From NCBI RefSeq assembly GCF_009914755.1, contig NC_060931.1: DNA of 64,000 bases; one strand, given 5' to 3'. Made by a program: the position numbers and the translations under genes. Positions 1 to 16,029 of this stretch are shown piece after piece; position 1 is the first letter of the stretch; each line of letters opens with the position of its first letter. The notes under the pieces are model-generated. The model saw only the letters and a program-made list of their open reading frames with translations. It had not been told where the DNA came from and did not search any database. The DNA is from the human T2T-CHM13v2.0 reference genome, Homo sapiens.

Positions 1-272
1 GTTGAAAGTTTTTTGAGAACTTAACTTCTAATGACAACATATAATAGCCCAAAAGGTGACTATAGTTTATTATACTTAAATATCTCATAATGGGTTAAAT
101 TTTAAGTTGCTTGCATTTTTTTTTTTTTTACTATTACAAATAATGTTGTGATAAACAGCTTTGTAAATTTGTATTAACATCTGCTTATTTCCTTGGGATA
201 AATCTCGTCATGTCCGTGATTGCCTTTTAAGCAGGAGTGTGATGGACTCACTTGTGTATAAGAGCCTTTATG

Positions 273-946
<674 letters not shown>

Positions 947-1089
947 ATGATTCTTAAGGTGTATGTTTGCATAACACAGCTTTCATTGAATGTAATGAAA
1001 GCTGTCAGCATGTTTTAAATATCAACTCTCGGGGGTTGCAGGGCCTCTAAAGTGGCTGTAGGGAGAAGAGGGTGACAAGAGGTTAATGG

Positions 1090-1710
1090 TTCTTTTCTCT
1101 GAAATAGGAAATACCAAGGAGGGAAGAACAGGTTTGAAGGGTTGGCCTGGGAAGGGGGAAATTATCATCTCAGTATTAGGTGTGTTGCCTTTAAGGACAC
1201 TCAGGTAAAACTGTCAGGAAGACAGTTGGCAAGAGCAGGATGTTAGGTTGTGGAAGTCATCCCCATGGAGATGCTGATGCTGAGACCCTGGAAATGACAA
1301 CAGTTCTAGAGATCAGGGTGTTTAAGATAAGAGGATGTGGGACATAACCTGCAAGAAGACTTACTCCTAAATCAGAGACAAGGGGAAACTAGAAAAGGAG
1401 CTGTGAGATAAGTATAAAGAAAACCAGAAGAGAATGCTGTTGAAGAAGCCAAGAGAGGCAAGTGTTTCAAAGAAAAAGCCATCAGACTTTCAAATGATGC
1501 AGAGGTCAAACAAGAAAAGGGCGGAGGGTGTCCACGGGAGCAATTTCAGTCACCTGTAAATGGGGACAAGCAGATTCAGATTGTGGGGAGGCAAGCCAGG
1601 TTGTAGCGAAGCAGTGTGGAGTAAACAGAGCCAAGGAAGTTGTGGGCTTTTCTCTAAGATAGCTTGTTTGAGGAGCCGGAAAGGGCAATGGAGGCAGCAG
1701 AGGGTTCACT
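1090..1710 (-). mobile_element. L2 LINE fragment
   Basis: Purine-rich, degraded antisense L2 pattern (gaaataggaaataccaaggagggaagaacaggtttg...). Confidence 0.55.
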
Positions 1711-2756
1711 TTTTGTTCTGGTTTATATTAAATTAGGAAAGCTAGATTTGCTAATTGTCATATGACTTTGATTACCTCTCCAACATTTGCTTTTTACCAT
1801 GTTTAAAATCCTTTTATTGGTGATTTGTTTTTGGACACAGTATACTCTGTCCAAGCTTCAAATGAAAGCACTGCTCTTTAAGCTCCTAGCATCTTACCTT
1901 AAGTTCTGTTGGAACTGGGTGAGACCTCATGTTTGCGTATGCGGTCTCACTGAGTTTTAGTAAGACTCAGTTTTTAAGCTTCAGCAACTAATATTTGGAA
2001 TTGCACTTTTTAAATTATAGAATATGATTTGTGTCCTTGAAGTTTGATCATTACCTGAAGAATTGGCTGAAAACAATAAATGTTTAAATGTTGCAATTTA
2101 GAGAATGTCTTTATTGTGTTGCCAAATGCTGAATGACAGAGAGCTTTAATTCTAACTGCTTTAATTAGAAAGAGAAAAAAAAATCAAAGGGTAATCTCAA
2201 CTAGAATCAAAATGAACCAGAACAAGAAATACTTTTATTGGTTACAGAACATCAGCAATGTGTGGTATAGTCTTATTCACCTCCTTTATCAACAGTGAAA
2301 ATACTGCAGGCCTCTCTAGGGAAGTTCGGACCATCAGTCTTACTGAACACATAATCAGTTTAATAGGGGTTTTTCGTTAGTAATATGATGCTCTTTTGGG
2401 CTGCAGAAAATTATTTTTAAAGATAGGGTAAATGATTATTGGCTTTAAAAAACAAAACAATATGGTAAATGTTCCTAATGAAGGAAGAACTGGATGGTCA
2501 ATGCAGTGTATTCACTGATTTTTTGCTTAGCAGTGAATTAGCCTGTTTTTGGTATTATTTCTCTCAGCATAATTACTTTAAAGATGTTGACATCAAAAAC
2601 AGTTATCACTTTTTTAGAGGTTGTTATGTTATAATAGATAGCAGTTATCCAGGTAGAGGATTAGAGGAGAATATATCTGTGATTCTGCTCTATAAAGAAC
2701 CTGGTTACCTTTCTTTTAAGATAAGATTTTACCTTTCTTTTTTTGAACCTGGTTAA

Positions 2757-3880
<1,124 letters not shown>

Positions 3881-4086
3881 TATCTTTCTTGAGCATTTTC
3901 TTCAACTTTTATGAAAACCTGTCTTTGAATCTTATCCCACCTTACCAGAAAAATAAGAAGCATTTAATGATTTACAAAATAATAATTGATATGAACTCTT
4001 ATAACCCAATATTAATTATACTTTTAAGAATTGAATTATACTTTTATATAAATACAATTCAGTATTATACTTTAAAAATACGAAAT

Positions 4087-4399
<313 letters not shown>

Positions 4400-4526
4400 T
4401 CATTTTACTTTGTGTATATATATCCAAACCGTGATATATACAATAAATATATATAATAAAATATGTACAATAAAATTATAAGACATACATAATATACTAA
4501 TTATTCCTTGGTTTCTTCTGCCCTAG

Positions 4527-4641
4527 TTAATGAAGGAGTTCCCCCTTCTGAGTATGTTCAATATCCATGAAAACCTTTTAGAAGCCCTTCTGGAACTACA
4601 AGCATATGCTGATGTTCAGGCAGTCTTAGCAAAGTATGATG
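4527..4641 (+). CDS. ST7: ST7 internal coding exon (about exon 10), 115 nt, LMKEFPLL...VLAKYD+G
   Basis: ttcttctgccctag|TTAATG acceptor and GATG|gtaagt donor; phase 0 to 1; open frame. Confidence 0.97.
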
Positions 4642-5611
4642 GTAAGTTCTTGGGTATTTTTATTTACTTGACTATTCCTCTTTTGATGTATTTTCCCTGA
4701 TTAGATTAGAAGGGTCATTTCAAATAGCACAGCACTTTTGTAGCCATACTCTTATAGAATTTTCACCTACAGTTTTATGATGGTGTTTGGTATGATCTTA
4801 GAATTTCATGGTTAGCAAGGACCAGAAATGTCACATGGCATGTGTCTCGTTCCTCTCCTTCCCTCCGTACAGGCTCCCCTCATGCTCTCCCCATCAGGCA
4901 GTTATGTCTACTCTGCTCTATTACCTCTGCGGTCAGGAATCACCCAGAACCTCACAGGCAGTACCTATCCTGTAGGGGCAGCACTGACTGTTAGAGCTCT
5001 TGCTATAAATCCACATCAGTTCACTGTGACCACAGCCTATTGGTCACATTGACCCTTTGGAGCAATGTAGAACAGCTAATATCCCTTGCACATGTGGCAA
5101 TTCAGTAAATATTGGAAGATGAAATCATGTCCGCTTCATCCCAGCTCTTCTCATTAGCAGCAGAATATCCCCATTTCTTTAAATGGCAGGCTTTGAAGTC
5201 CCTTTGCCATTCTGGTTACTCACTCATGAACTTATTCCATTTTGCCTGTTCCTAAGAAACCAGAAAAATAAGCCGGCACATCCTAGATATTTTAAAACTC
5301 TAATGCTCATATTGTCATTATCCATGAATTCATTATTTGATTAATTGGACAAAAATTGTCCACATAATTACCTGCCACGACATTGTTACTGAAATATCTG
5401 CAGAGCTTCATACTATTCTGCCTCATTTCAGTAACCATCTTCCTAAAGTGTTTCCTTGTAAAATGGATGTAGGGAATGATTACTTATTATATAATCATTT
5501 TTTGCTTTATGAAATATTTTTTCTTTAGTAAGCATCTTCAGTGCATTTAAAGTGCATTTAAAGAATTATTCAGATTACAAAACATACAGAGCAAACTATA
5601 CCATTTGGGTC

Positions 5612-5909
5612 TTTTTTTTTTTTTTTTAAGAGAGATAGGGCCTTCCTCTCTGTCACCCCAGATGGAGTATAGTGGTATGATCATAGTTCACTATAACCTT
5701 GAACTCCTGGGTTCTAGCCATCCTCCTGCTTCAGCCTCCCAAGTGACTAGGACTATAGGAGTGTGCCATCATGCTTGGCTAATTTTTAAATTTTTTTTGT
5801 AGAGACTGGTTATCGTTATGTTACCCAGGCTGGTCTCAAACTCCTGTGAACTTCCCACCTTGGCCCCGCAAGGCACTGGGAGTACAGGCGTGAGCCACCA
5901 CACCTGGCC
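5612..5909 (-). mobile_element. AluJ
   Basis: Diverged antisense Alu dimer with J-type motifs; TSD-like ttgggtctt. Confidence 0.9.
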
Positions 5910-7979
5910 ATTGGGTCTTATTTTTGACACATTTCTTCATAAGGAATCTCTGAAATGGGTGAGAGTTATCATCTCCTATAGTTGAGGGAACTCAGGCATT
6001 ATGAGACTGTTTTTGTTTTTGTTTCATTTTCTTCAAATTTTTTCTCAAATATATGGAAACGAAAAGCCTTCAGCCAGTGATGGCATCATTTTGCCTGTGC
6101 AGACATAAGTACCCTGTGTAACAAGATATATGCTACCTAGTATGGAACTGATTTGAGAAACAGAGAAAAGTATTTGTGGAGCACTTTTAAGTAAACAAAA
6201 TAAAGACTGTTTGGCTTTCATGTCAGCTCACTTGTATTCTCTATTTATATGCTAAAATCTTACTCATGGTTCAGCTAAACAGTGGTCCAAGCTTAGGGGT
6301 CTAAACTATTGGGCTGCCTTGTAGGCAAAAATCCTCGTATGTTGACATTCTTTTAGTACCAAAGGAATTCAGTCCCATGGCCATGGGTTCAGGCAGCAGT
6401 GCACTTTTCCAAATGCCACTCTGTAGCCATCAATGCCATAGCAATCCTTAATGCTGACCTATACTCAATCTGATGTTATCAAGCCTTCAGAAATAAAACT
6501 TTAATCAGTAGAGCCTTTGGGATGGCAAGCCTCTTAAGGCTCCTTTCATGAAGATCTCCATTTGTTACAGAAATCATCAGCCTCGTGTTATAAGACTGAT
6601 TGTAAAATAAAGAAATGGAACTCTCCATTGTCTCTAACTATTCCATTGCACAGCCTCTGTTCCACAACATTCAAAAACTGATTTATTAGATTCTGATAAC
6701 ATATGTTCACATTATTTGTTACAACAGCCCGTCCCACCCTCCACTGAAACTTGGCTCACACTTTGAAAAATTCTTTTGTTGCAAATGGACAAACTCACCA
6801 TACCAAGGCCCTTGTGTTGAGCTTTGTTTATGTTGTGTACCTGGCAACAGAGATGATGTTCTTGTTCATTATTCATGGAAAAAGAGCCTCATTAGTGGCA
6901 GGACACATATTGTTGCTGAGATGCCTCGTTAGGGGTTTTGAGTTCAGCAGTTGTCAATAGAGTACAGATGACCTAACACCGACTGAATTCTGAAGGGAGT
7001 TTTGGTGCTGACTTGGCTCAGGCCTGTATCATTTACAGTAGAAATATAATGAAGTGGCTGCTGAAGTTACTGTTCTTGAGGGTTGAGCTGCAGCCACTGA
7101 AGATTGTGGAAAAACATGCCTCTTGTTTCTCACCCCATATCATGAAATGGGTTCTTTCAAGTTTATCCCTGCTGCTTTTCCTGGAGACGTCTACTGAGTT
7201 GCTGGTTCCTTATCTGGCCCTGGGCGAGGAAGTGGGTGCTTTAGAGGTCTTAGAGTACAGACAGCTTTTAGGGCATTCTGATCTTCACCCTGGTTCAGAT
7301 GTCTAATCCATGAGATGCTGGAGACAGCACTTAGAATCCCAGCCCCTTCATCCCTCTCTGTAGAGCCACACCCAAAGCAGCAGGATTATATGTCCTTTTT
7401 ACTAATTGGAATGCTCTGGTTGGGTAGCCGTTTTTTGGATTGTTTTTGGGTACAGCAATCCTTCTTTATTACATTTGCTAGGTGGCTGAATTTTTTAAGT
7501 AGTATGCTGGGAACACAATGGGATTAGTTCTGCTTTTCTGACCTTTTCAAAAAGATTTAGAAAAATGGCAAGGCACTGGGGGCCAGGGATGGGGGTGTCG
7601 AAGAACATATTTTGGGGGAAAGAAGGGAGGCAAAATGTATTCCCCTTGTCTCATTGTTCTTCACCACCTTAAAAAAAGTTTGGCTTTGAGTTTATAAATC
7701 AGTAACAATCATATACTCCTGTGTCCCCACAAAGATTACCAGTTGATTGGACATATATCCATGTAGTCTGCAGTCTGATTTTGATTTTTGCCATTGAGAT
7801 AACTTCTAATGCTTTATTATTCCAGGTATTAGTCTAAAATACTATATTGCTATCCTCAGGATTTTTCATACTCTTGTATTTTCAATTTGTGATTCAACAT
7901 TATAGGTGGGCAGTTTTATTCCAGGTGGCTGATCCTGGTTCTATAATGTTCTTCACACAGTGACTAAAATAGCAGCAAC

Positions 7980-8580
7980 AGCTAGCATTTATTGAGTTCT
8001 TGTAATGTATCAGTATCATACATGATTCAAACCACAAGCATATTTGGTAGATACTGTTGTTAGCCCCATTTTGCAGGTATGGTAACTGGTACAAAAAGAA
8101 GGTAATTGCTCACAGGAAGAGCCTATAATATCAAAGTAAAGCCATGTAGATGTGATGTTATGAGAGAAAAGTGATCGACTGAGAACAACTTCATTAAATA
8201 TGATGTGAATTCTACAAGTAAAGGAAAGCCAGGATAAAAACGGAGGTGGTCTCACTCCAGACCCATGCTTTTAACCACCACACTTACACTCTTTCTGCTG
8301 TTGGTAGTATTTATTTAAATTGTTTTTATTAATACCATTGTTCTTGTTGTTGTTATTAGCCACAATCTATTGAGAACCTACCATGTGCCAAGCATGTTAT
8401 TAGCTTGGCATTAGCTTTACCCTCACAATAACCCTGCAAGGAGGCAGTTATTCCATTTTAGCAGATGCAGAAACTGAGGCTTTGTGAGATTAAATAACTT
8501 ACAAGACCACATTCTTAGAAAACTGCAGAGCTGGGATTCAAATCCAGATCCAGCTGGCTCTAAATCCCATGTGTTTTGCA
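7980..8580 (-). mobile_element. Two adjacent MIR SINEs (about 7980-8290 and 8360-8580)
   Basis: Core motifs ccattttagcagatgcagaaactgaggc and gagctgggattcaaatcc. Confidence 0.75.
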
Positions 8581-9229
8581 TAAATGTAAGCCTCCCAAAA
8601 GTGATGTGCTGGGCCTCTCTCACTCCTCTTACAAAGGCATGACTTAGGTGGGCTGAAGCCATGGTGCAGAATTTCAGTGACGCCTCATTGTCTTGCAAGA
8701 TTCCTTTCTAATCATTCTTTAAGAACTGAGTGTATCTATATTTGCTTGTCTTTCTGAAACTGTCTTCCAAACATGGCTTTCCATCTTCAATCAACTTGTA
8801 TCTGATTTTTTTAATCACAAAGGGGATTTGATGTAAGATGTTCATTTAATTTGAGATTTATTTATCTTTCTCTTCAGTCATACATTTGCTATAAAGACAG
8901 CCATGTTTTCAAGATCATTAAGTCATGAGAACCTTCTTTTAGAAGCCGTTGCAAAAGTTCTTACAAGCTTTGGATTGCCTTTCAAAGAAGTTTATAGGCC
9001 ACCTACGTGAAAACTTAAGTCCCAAAGATTAGGGTGGGAGTGTGGAAAAGAATTCATATGTTTCTTATTCATTGTCATTTGTGCATTTCAATTTTAGGAG
9101 AATCTCGTACAGCAAGCGAACACAGGTCTGAGCACTATAAGGTACCTTTGGGAGCATCTAGTTCTGCCTGTCTCTAGTTAGTGATCCTTGGGGATACCAG
9201 AAGGCAGTCATGGGTGGTGGGGAAGAGGT

Positions 9230-9460
9230 GGATCAGGTCCCAGCTCTGCCTTTCACCAACTGAGGGAGCTTGAGCAAATTACTTAACATTCCAAGCCTTG
9301 GTTTCTTTCTCTGGAAATGAGATCGAGACTTAGAAAGGCTAAGTAACTTGCCCAAGATCACACAGCGGGTAATTTGTTGTGAGGATTAAAGTAGTTTAAT
9401 CTATGTTAAGTGTCAAGAACAGTGTGGGACACACAGTAAGAGTTCAGATATTATTCGCTA
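9230..9460 (+). mobile_element. MIR with an internal inverted MIR segment
   Basis: Sense MIR core interrupted by the antisense piece ctaagtaacttgcccaagatcacacagc. Confidence 0.7.
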
Positions 9461-11864
9461 TTATAAAGAGCCAAAAGTGTCACTCCTAAACTTCACCACT
9501 ATTCTTCATTAGTCTTGTTCAAATGGAAAACTATATATAAAATGTCGCAATGAGAGAATAAGAGCCCAGTCTTATGCTCTGCAAAAAGACAATGTTACGA
9601 CTTGTTATTAAAATTAATTATGGATCTAATAGGACATATAGATATTTGATAAGAACTAAAATTCTTAGTTTTATCTAAACTTTTGGAAAGCTGAAAAAAG
9701 ACATGCCAGGGATTTTTACTCCTGATCAAAGGAAAAATTACTTCTTTGGGTTCATAGCAACTTCAGCCTCTGAACAATTTGTCCTAATGGAAATACAGAT
9801 CTAAGCACTTTTGGATATTTACTCCGTTAAGTCATTTAGTGATTGCCCTAAATTTGGGGCAGAATCTTCTCTTGTTCTTCCCTTCCTTCTCAAACGAACT
9901 AGGGACAGCTGGTCTTTCTTACAGTCACAAAAGTTATATAAATGCAACCACTATATCAAGATCATTTTTACTGATGCCATCAAGCCCATCCTAAATTAGC
10001 ATTATTATCTGCCATCTGGTAATTTGCAGAGGGTATACTTTTTAGAAAAGGACATGTTTCTAACATTGGAGGAAATGCTTTCATCTCAGTAGATTGAAAA
10101 CAGAAGTTCTAAGGAAAGTCATTAGGGAATCATGCTATGTTGAGACTATTCAGAGAAAAAGCCTTTTGCTGATACTGTTTTGCAGAGTCAGCATGTAGTT
10201 ATAACTAAAAATTTCGTAAACCTTGCTTATTTCCCAAGGCCTTATAACTAGCACAAGTTATTCAGCTATCATCATAGTTCCTTTGAAATGGTTACTGGAT
10301 ACCCTGTCTTTTGGTTAGGCTGTTTTCCATTTATGTTTGAGGAATAAGTAAAAATAGGAAGGATGTGAGATGTCTGGAGGTCCAATGAGTAAAATCTGTA
10401 TTTGTCAAACACTTCAAGTGTCAGTATGTCCATACTTCCAAAACAGTACTTTTCAGTTAAGTATATAAATGTGAATTTTGATGCCACAGGCACAAGCAGC
10501 CTCTGAAAATACTCACCACAAAATTTGGCTGCATATTAGAAAGAAGATTTGGTATGCTGTCAGTTTCTAGTGACAGACTATAAACCTAGTCCGGCTCATT
10601 TCCCTGGGCTCGCTGTTACGGAAAAGATCATGGTTACCAGGCAAGTGCTCAAAGAGAGTCCTTGTGTAAAAGATGGGCGAATGAACCACATCAGTGCTTC
10701 AAAGAAGAAAATAATTATCAGCACTGATACTATGGCTGTGGCTTCATGCCTGTAAGCACAAGTCACTGAGAAATGGTGGTCCTGCATAGCTTTGCACTGG
10801 ATGCTCTACAGATTTGGACACCAAGAGGTAGATCTGCCAAGAGGACTAGTCCTTTGAGGTTACTTTAGAACAAATGATAGACTGTCAGGGATGAACTATA
10901 TATTGCATTGAGCAAAAGTTCTGATAATAGATGTCATTTCAGTGAGGACTATATGCATGACAAACTTCTGTCTCTGATGATAGAAGACCTTTGGTGAATG
11001 CATACATCTGTAATTCACATAGCTGGCACATGTACAAACCCTCCAAATTTATGTTGGGTTTGGTAATCCTTATTGCCCAGTTATCATAATTTACCAAGGT
11101 AACATCCCTCCCCAGCCAGCCATTACCATCAGGGAAACTGCTTTGTTTGGCTTCAGGGCACCAGCCACGGAAGGGCCCTCTGACACAGACCTTCTGGGGT
11201 AATCCAGTCCAAAAGTTGAAAATAACAACTGGTGTTTGGCTTTGTAGCGTAAGACGAATTTTTCTGGGTGTAGTTGAATGCTTAGTGCTTGTCTTTCCCC
11301 CTGCCCCAAATTACTAAGGTCATGTAGAACTTCCCAGTTGAATCATTGAACTCCCAAGTGGCACATCTTTTTGAGATTCTTGTATATCAATCCCTTTTAT
11401 TTCTTCAGTGAAATTTTTCCCTTTGGTTGGAAGGGGACCTCGGATTGGCTTTTTGAAGGTGGGGCAAAAAGACCTCATACTGCCTGGGATCAACAGTAAC
11501 AAAAATTTAAGGAGAATCCTGTATGTCTATTGTTTTCTTTACATCATATCATAAACAAGTAAATTGAGAAATTAATCACATAATGGGACAGTAAGAACAC
11601 ATCACAATCCACAAACAGGTTACGAAGGAGAAATGGACTGCTTTTTAAATTTCTTTTCCATTTTTGTTTGTTTGTTTGGGTCATGCTTCCAAGAGCATCT
11701 GTGAAGGCCAAATATGCTGGATTATAGGAGCTTCAAGTGTATCTGGTAGAAATGATATCATTTGTTGCCTGATATAATTTGTTGCCTGACCAAGAAAAGG
11801 GATTCTTGGTACTTCATAATTTTAAAGGATAACAGAGAGTAAATAGGTTAATTTTTTTCAAATT

Positions 11865-12090
11865 ATTTCAGCAAGGATCTGTTGAGTCCTTATTATGTTG
11901 AAGTACGAACTTTTAGGTGCTTTAGATTCAGAGATAAATATAACCTATTCTCTGTCACCAAGATGGTTTCAGTCTAGTAGAGAAAGATGTTAAAAAACAA
12001 AAATACAAAAAAACAGGCGAAGCGAGATGAATCAGTGCTCAGTGAGTCTGTTTGAAACAAGCTGTGGGGAGTGCAGAGAAAGAAAGCCCT
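11865..12090 (-). mobile_element. L2 3' end fragment
   Basis: ttcagcaaggatctgttgagtccttattatg... matches the antisense L2 tail pattern. Confidence 0.55.
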
Positions 12091-12959
12091 TGAGAGCAAA
12101 CTCATGCCCCCCTACTTTCATCTCAACCTCTGTGTACTAGGGTAGTCATTGGGAATATCTGTGGTCTGTGAGTGAATTGATACATAAGATCCCACTACGA
12201 CACAGTGTTCTCATTTGTGAGATGGTTTGGGATTTATATATCTACTTGCTGCCACCTTTGAAAAAATTTTAGATTCATAGATATGAGAATTGACCCTCAG
12301 TTGACCTATCATGCATAAGAATAGTAATGATCCTTTTAAAACTACGTCTTGATTGTTATTACTGGGAGATGAACAAAAGGATATTAGGTCAAAAAGGTTA
12401 TCATGGAAAACTGTTCTATCCTGTCTAAAGTTTTGCACCATAAGTTTTCCAAGACCCATCTAATTGACAGTTTTACTCATAATTACAGACATTTCTTCCA
12501 AGATTATTGAATTAAAGTTTGGCTATTATGAACCACTTATGACTTTTGAAAATTCAAGAGTCATTCTCCCTAAGATGACCTTTTGTTTCAGCAGCAGCAT
12601 TCCAATAACGGGTCCTTAAGGAGCCAGAAGAGGTGTGGTTTTCTTTGTTTTTTCTACTTTTCTTCAACCTTGTTTCAGTTTTTACTTTATTGTTTTTCTT
12701 CATCCTGCCCCATAATTTCATTCCACTGCTGTTTCAAATAGACATCGAGATTAGAGCACCAACACAATTTCAAACTCTGCTGGAACTGTAAGCAAAGATA
12801 AATGCAGTACACATGTTGAGAAATAACAAGTTTCTGATTCCCTATTAGAACGTACAACACTGATCAATTTTGGCTTCTAGGAGCTAAATTGGATGTAAAT
12901 GTTTGCAAAATGAAGGAAGCTAATATCAAGATATTTGAGATGTTAGTACATTAATTTAG

Positions 12960-13450
12960 GATTTTATTCAGCAAACACTGAGCGCCAACTATATTTCAGA
13001 CATTGTTTTTTGTTGTGGGTGCAAGGTGATGAAGAAGCACAGCTTTTACTCCTAAATCACACCATGTACGCAGGACAGGGAAGTAAGAGAACAGGCAATT
13101 GCTGTTAAGTATAAAGATTGTGATACACTTTAGCCCAGGATGGAAGGGGCACTGCATGCAGCAAGGAGGAGTGACGGGAGTCTTCCCCTTGGAGGTGGTG
13201 TCTGAACTGGACAGCAAAGGTGCTTGAGGCAAGGAAAGCATATGGAAATGTGCAGAGGCACAATTGGCATGGCTTATTTGGAGAATTGTCTGTATCCCTT
13301 AGAGCAGAGGGATGAGGAGGGATGCAGTGAAGGGCAGAAGATGCCTTGGGTGAGTTAGCTGGGGGTGTGGGGGGGTAGGGGGACTGGATTAAAATCCAAG
13401 CTTGGATTTTATTTTATGGGCCCTGGAGAGGCCTGGGGCAATTTCAGGTA
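12960..13450 (-). mobile_element. L2 3' fragment
   Basis: ttattcagcaaacactgagcgccaactat... followed by a purine-rich antisense L2 body. Confidence 0.6.
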
Positions 13451-14291
13451 GGGCTTCAGTCGAGCCCAGAGTGAAGGGGGTGGCACAATACATTCACACC
13501 ATGCCCCCTTTTGAGTGGAGGTACTTGAGAAATCACAGTGGGAAAGCACTCAGATGTGGAAGAGTGGAGTGCCACTGCAGTGGGCTGGCGAGGTGACCTC
13601 TGACACTATAGTGGAGCACATTCTGTCCTGGAGGGAGACATTTGTGAGGTTTTCTGAACATTGGTGTAAAAGAGTTAGAATTTGGTTTTTCTTTCTTAAG
13701 CAACAAATGGGAATCCTAGTGCAGAAACTTTTGTCTCCTGGGTGGGAAAACTTCTTATTTTAAACTATAACCACTTTATATCATTTGCTTCCGGGTAATC
13801 TCTTAACTACAAGAAACTGAACCCTATGTAGACCCACCATAACCCACAGATAATCTTTCAAGGGAGCATAACTAAGGGAGAAGAGCCTGTCAGGACCTAT
13901 GTAGCCCATCAGTGCCTACCTACTTCTGCTGAGTCGTTAACAATGACATGAGGAGAAAAAATGTGGAAGAGGGGAACAGGTGGTGTGTACAGCTGTACTT
14001 TCTATAAAGGCTGTGAATTTGAAGATAGTAGAGGACATGATGCGAATGCCTGTATAAATCTCACTTGCTAAAATCAAACCATCTGAAAAATTCCTGCCTT
14101 GTTGATACTTCAGTTACTACTAAAGTAGACAAAGCATGAGAATAATACCATGGATTTAATTCTTACCGAAAAGGAAGAAGCTTAAGAGAAAGAGACCATG
14201 TTATCCTGTAGCTATAGTTAAAAAAATAAATAAATAAATAAAAGGAATATTAGGCACAGGTGTACCTTGAATCTGAAACAAACAAAAGTAA

Positions 14292-14616
<325 letters not shown>

Positions 14617-15784
14617 TTTTATTTGTTTATTTTAATTCAGAGGAAAGATAAATATGAAACCACAAATGGAATTTCAATTAATATAACTTACTTTATGCTG
14701 AGACTATTTGGCATAGGAGATACAGAGAGTTTTTTTAAAACTGGAAAATGGTTCGTGAAGGATGAAAGACTAAAAGTTGAAATTGCAATTAGTCCCAATA
14801 GATAAAAGTGTAAGGAAATATAAATGATTAAAGTGTACAAAAAGATCAGAATGACAGATAGCTAAATAAGTACGTACAAGTCAGGTATAAACTTAGAAGC
14901 AGGTTTTCAGGGTGGCTAAACACCAGAGGAAGCTAAAGTCTCCCACATTACAGGATTTAATGTATGACTCTATTGTCCAAAAAAACAGTGAAGAATGATG
15001 ATAGGGAAAGTAAAAGCAGGTATCACACTAACATTATGGGATAGTGACAAGGACATGGTATTGCAGGTTCAGTTCTGCCACTCATTTGTTAGGTGGCTCT
15101 TAAGAAAATCGTTTAACTTTGCTGGGCCCATATTTCTCACCTATAAAAGAAAAAGATTTTGGGAGGTTGACCTTGGCAGTCCTGTACTGTTGTTCAGTTT
15201 TTCGTCTGTATCTTGTGGTAGTACTGTTTTGAGCAGAAAATATTGTATTAATACGTTGCTGAGGTATAATTATTCATTCCTATTTTATATTTCCCTTTAG
15301 TATTTTTTACTTTTTAAAAGAATGTATCAAGTCAATCCCAAGCAAATCCTGGAAATAATTATGTGGTTTTTGACCACAGGAAAAAAGATGGTGATTGGGG
15401 ATCTAACAATAGATTTATTAAGAAAAAATTGTGTCAAATAAACACAGATGAGATAGTGGATATGAAAATACTGTTTGTCTATACAATAGTATTTAAATGT
15501 TTATCTTATTAGTGTAAATGGCCCTTTTCCTTTGTCTTTCTGAAATAGGAGAATACCATAAATGTGTTTACATCTTTATTTAAACAAAGCATTTGGTAAT
15601 ATTTTAAATGCTGTCCTTTCAGGTACCATGGAGGAATATGGATATAATACCTAATTAATAAGTGGTTGCAGACATATCATTGCAGACTGTTGCAAATTGA
15701 GGGTGATCTCTAGAATCCTATTCCCAGATTCTCTCATTGGTATTGCCATGGTCAGTATTTCTAAAAATCAGATCTTGGAAACAC

Positions 15785-16010
15785 ATAGCACAGTTTAAAA
15801 TCATGTGCTCAGATTTGTTCTAGATTTGTGATATTGGCATATTTCTTAACCATTCTGTGCTTCATTTTCCCCATCTATAAAACAGGGCTAACAGTCCTAC
15901 CTCATAGGACTGCTCTGAGGATTAAATAGGATAATGTATATAACTGATTAACACCAGTGCCTGGAAGTTAGCCTTTAGTAAGTGTTGGCAGTCATTTTGA
16001 TGATGATAAT
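15785..16010 (+). mobile_element. MIR
   Basis: ttttccccatctataaaacaggg...cctacctcatagg...gaggattaaatag core. Confidence 0.75.
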
Positions 16011-16029
16011 GGTCATTTAGGGAAGAAGA

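Noticed and set aside
7049-7306. ORF starting MKWLLKLLFL with signal-peptide-like stretches
   Set aside because: No recognisable homology and no promoter or exon structure; splicing from the upstream ST7 exon into the nearby cagtag acceptor hits a stop within 3-4 codons.
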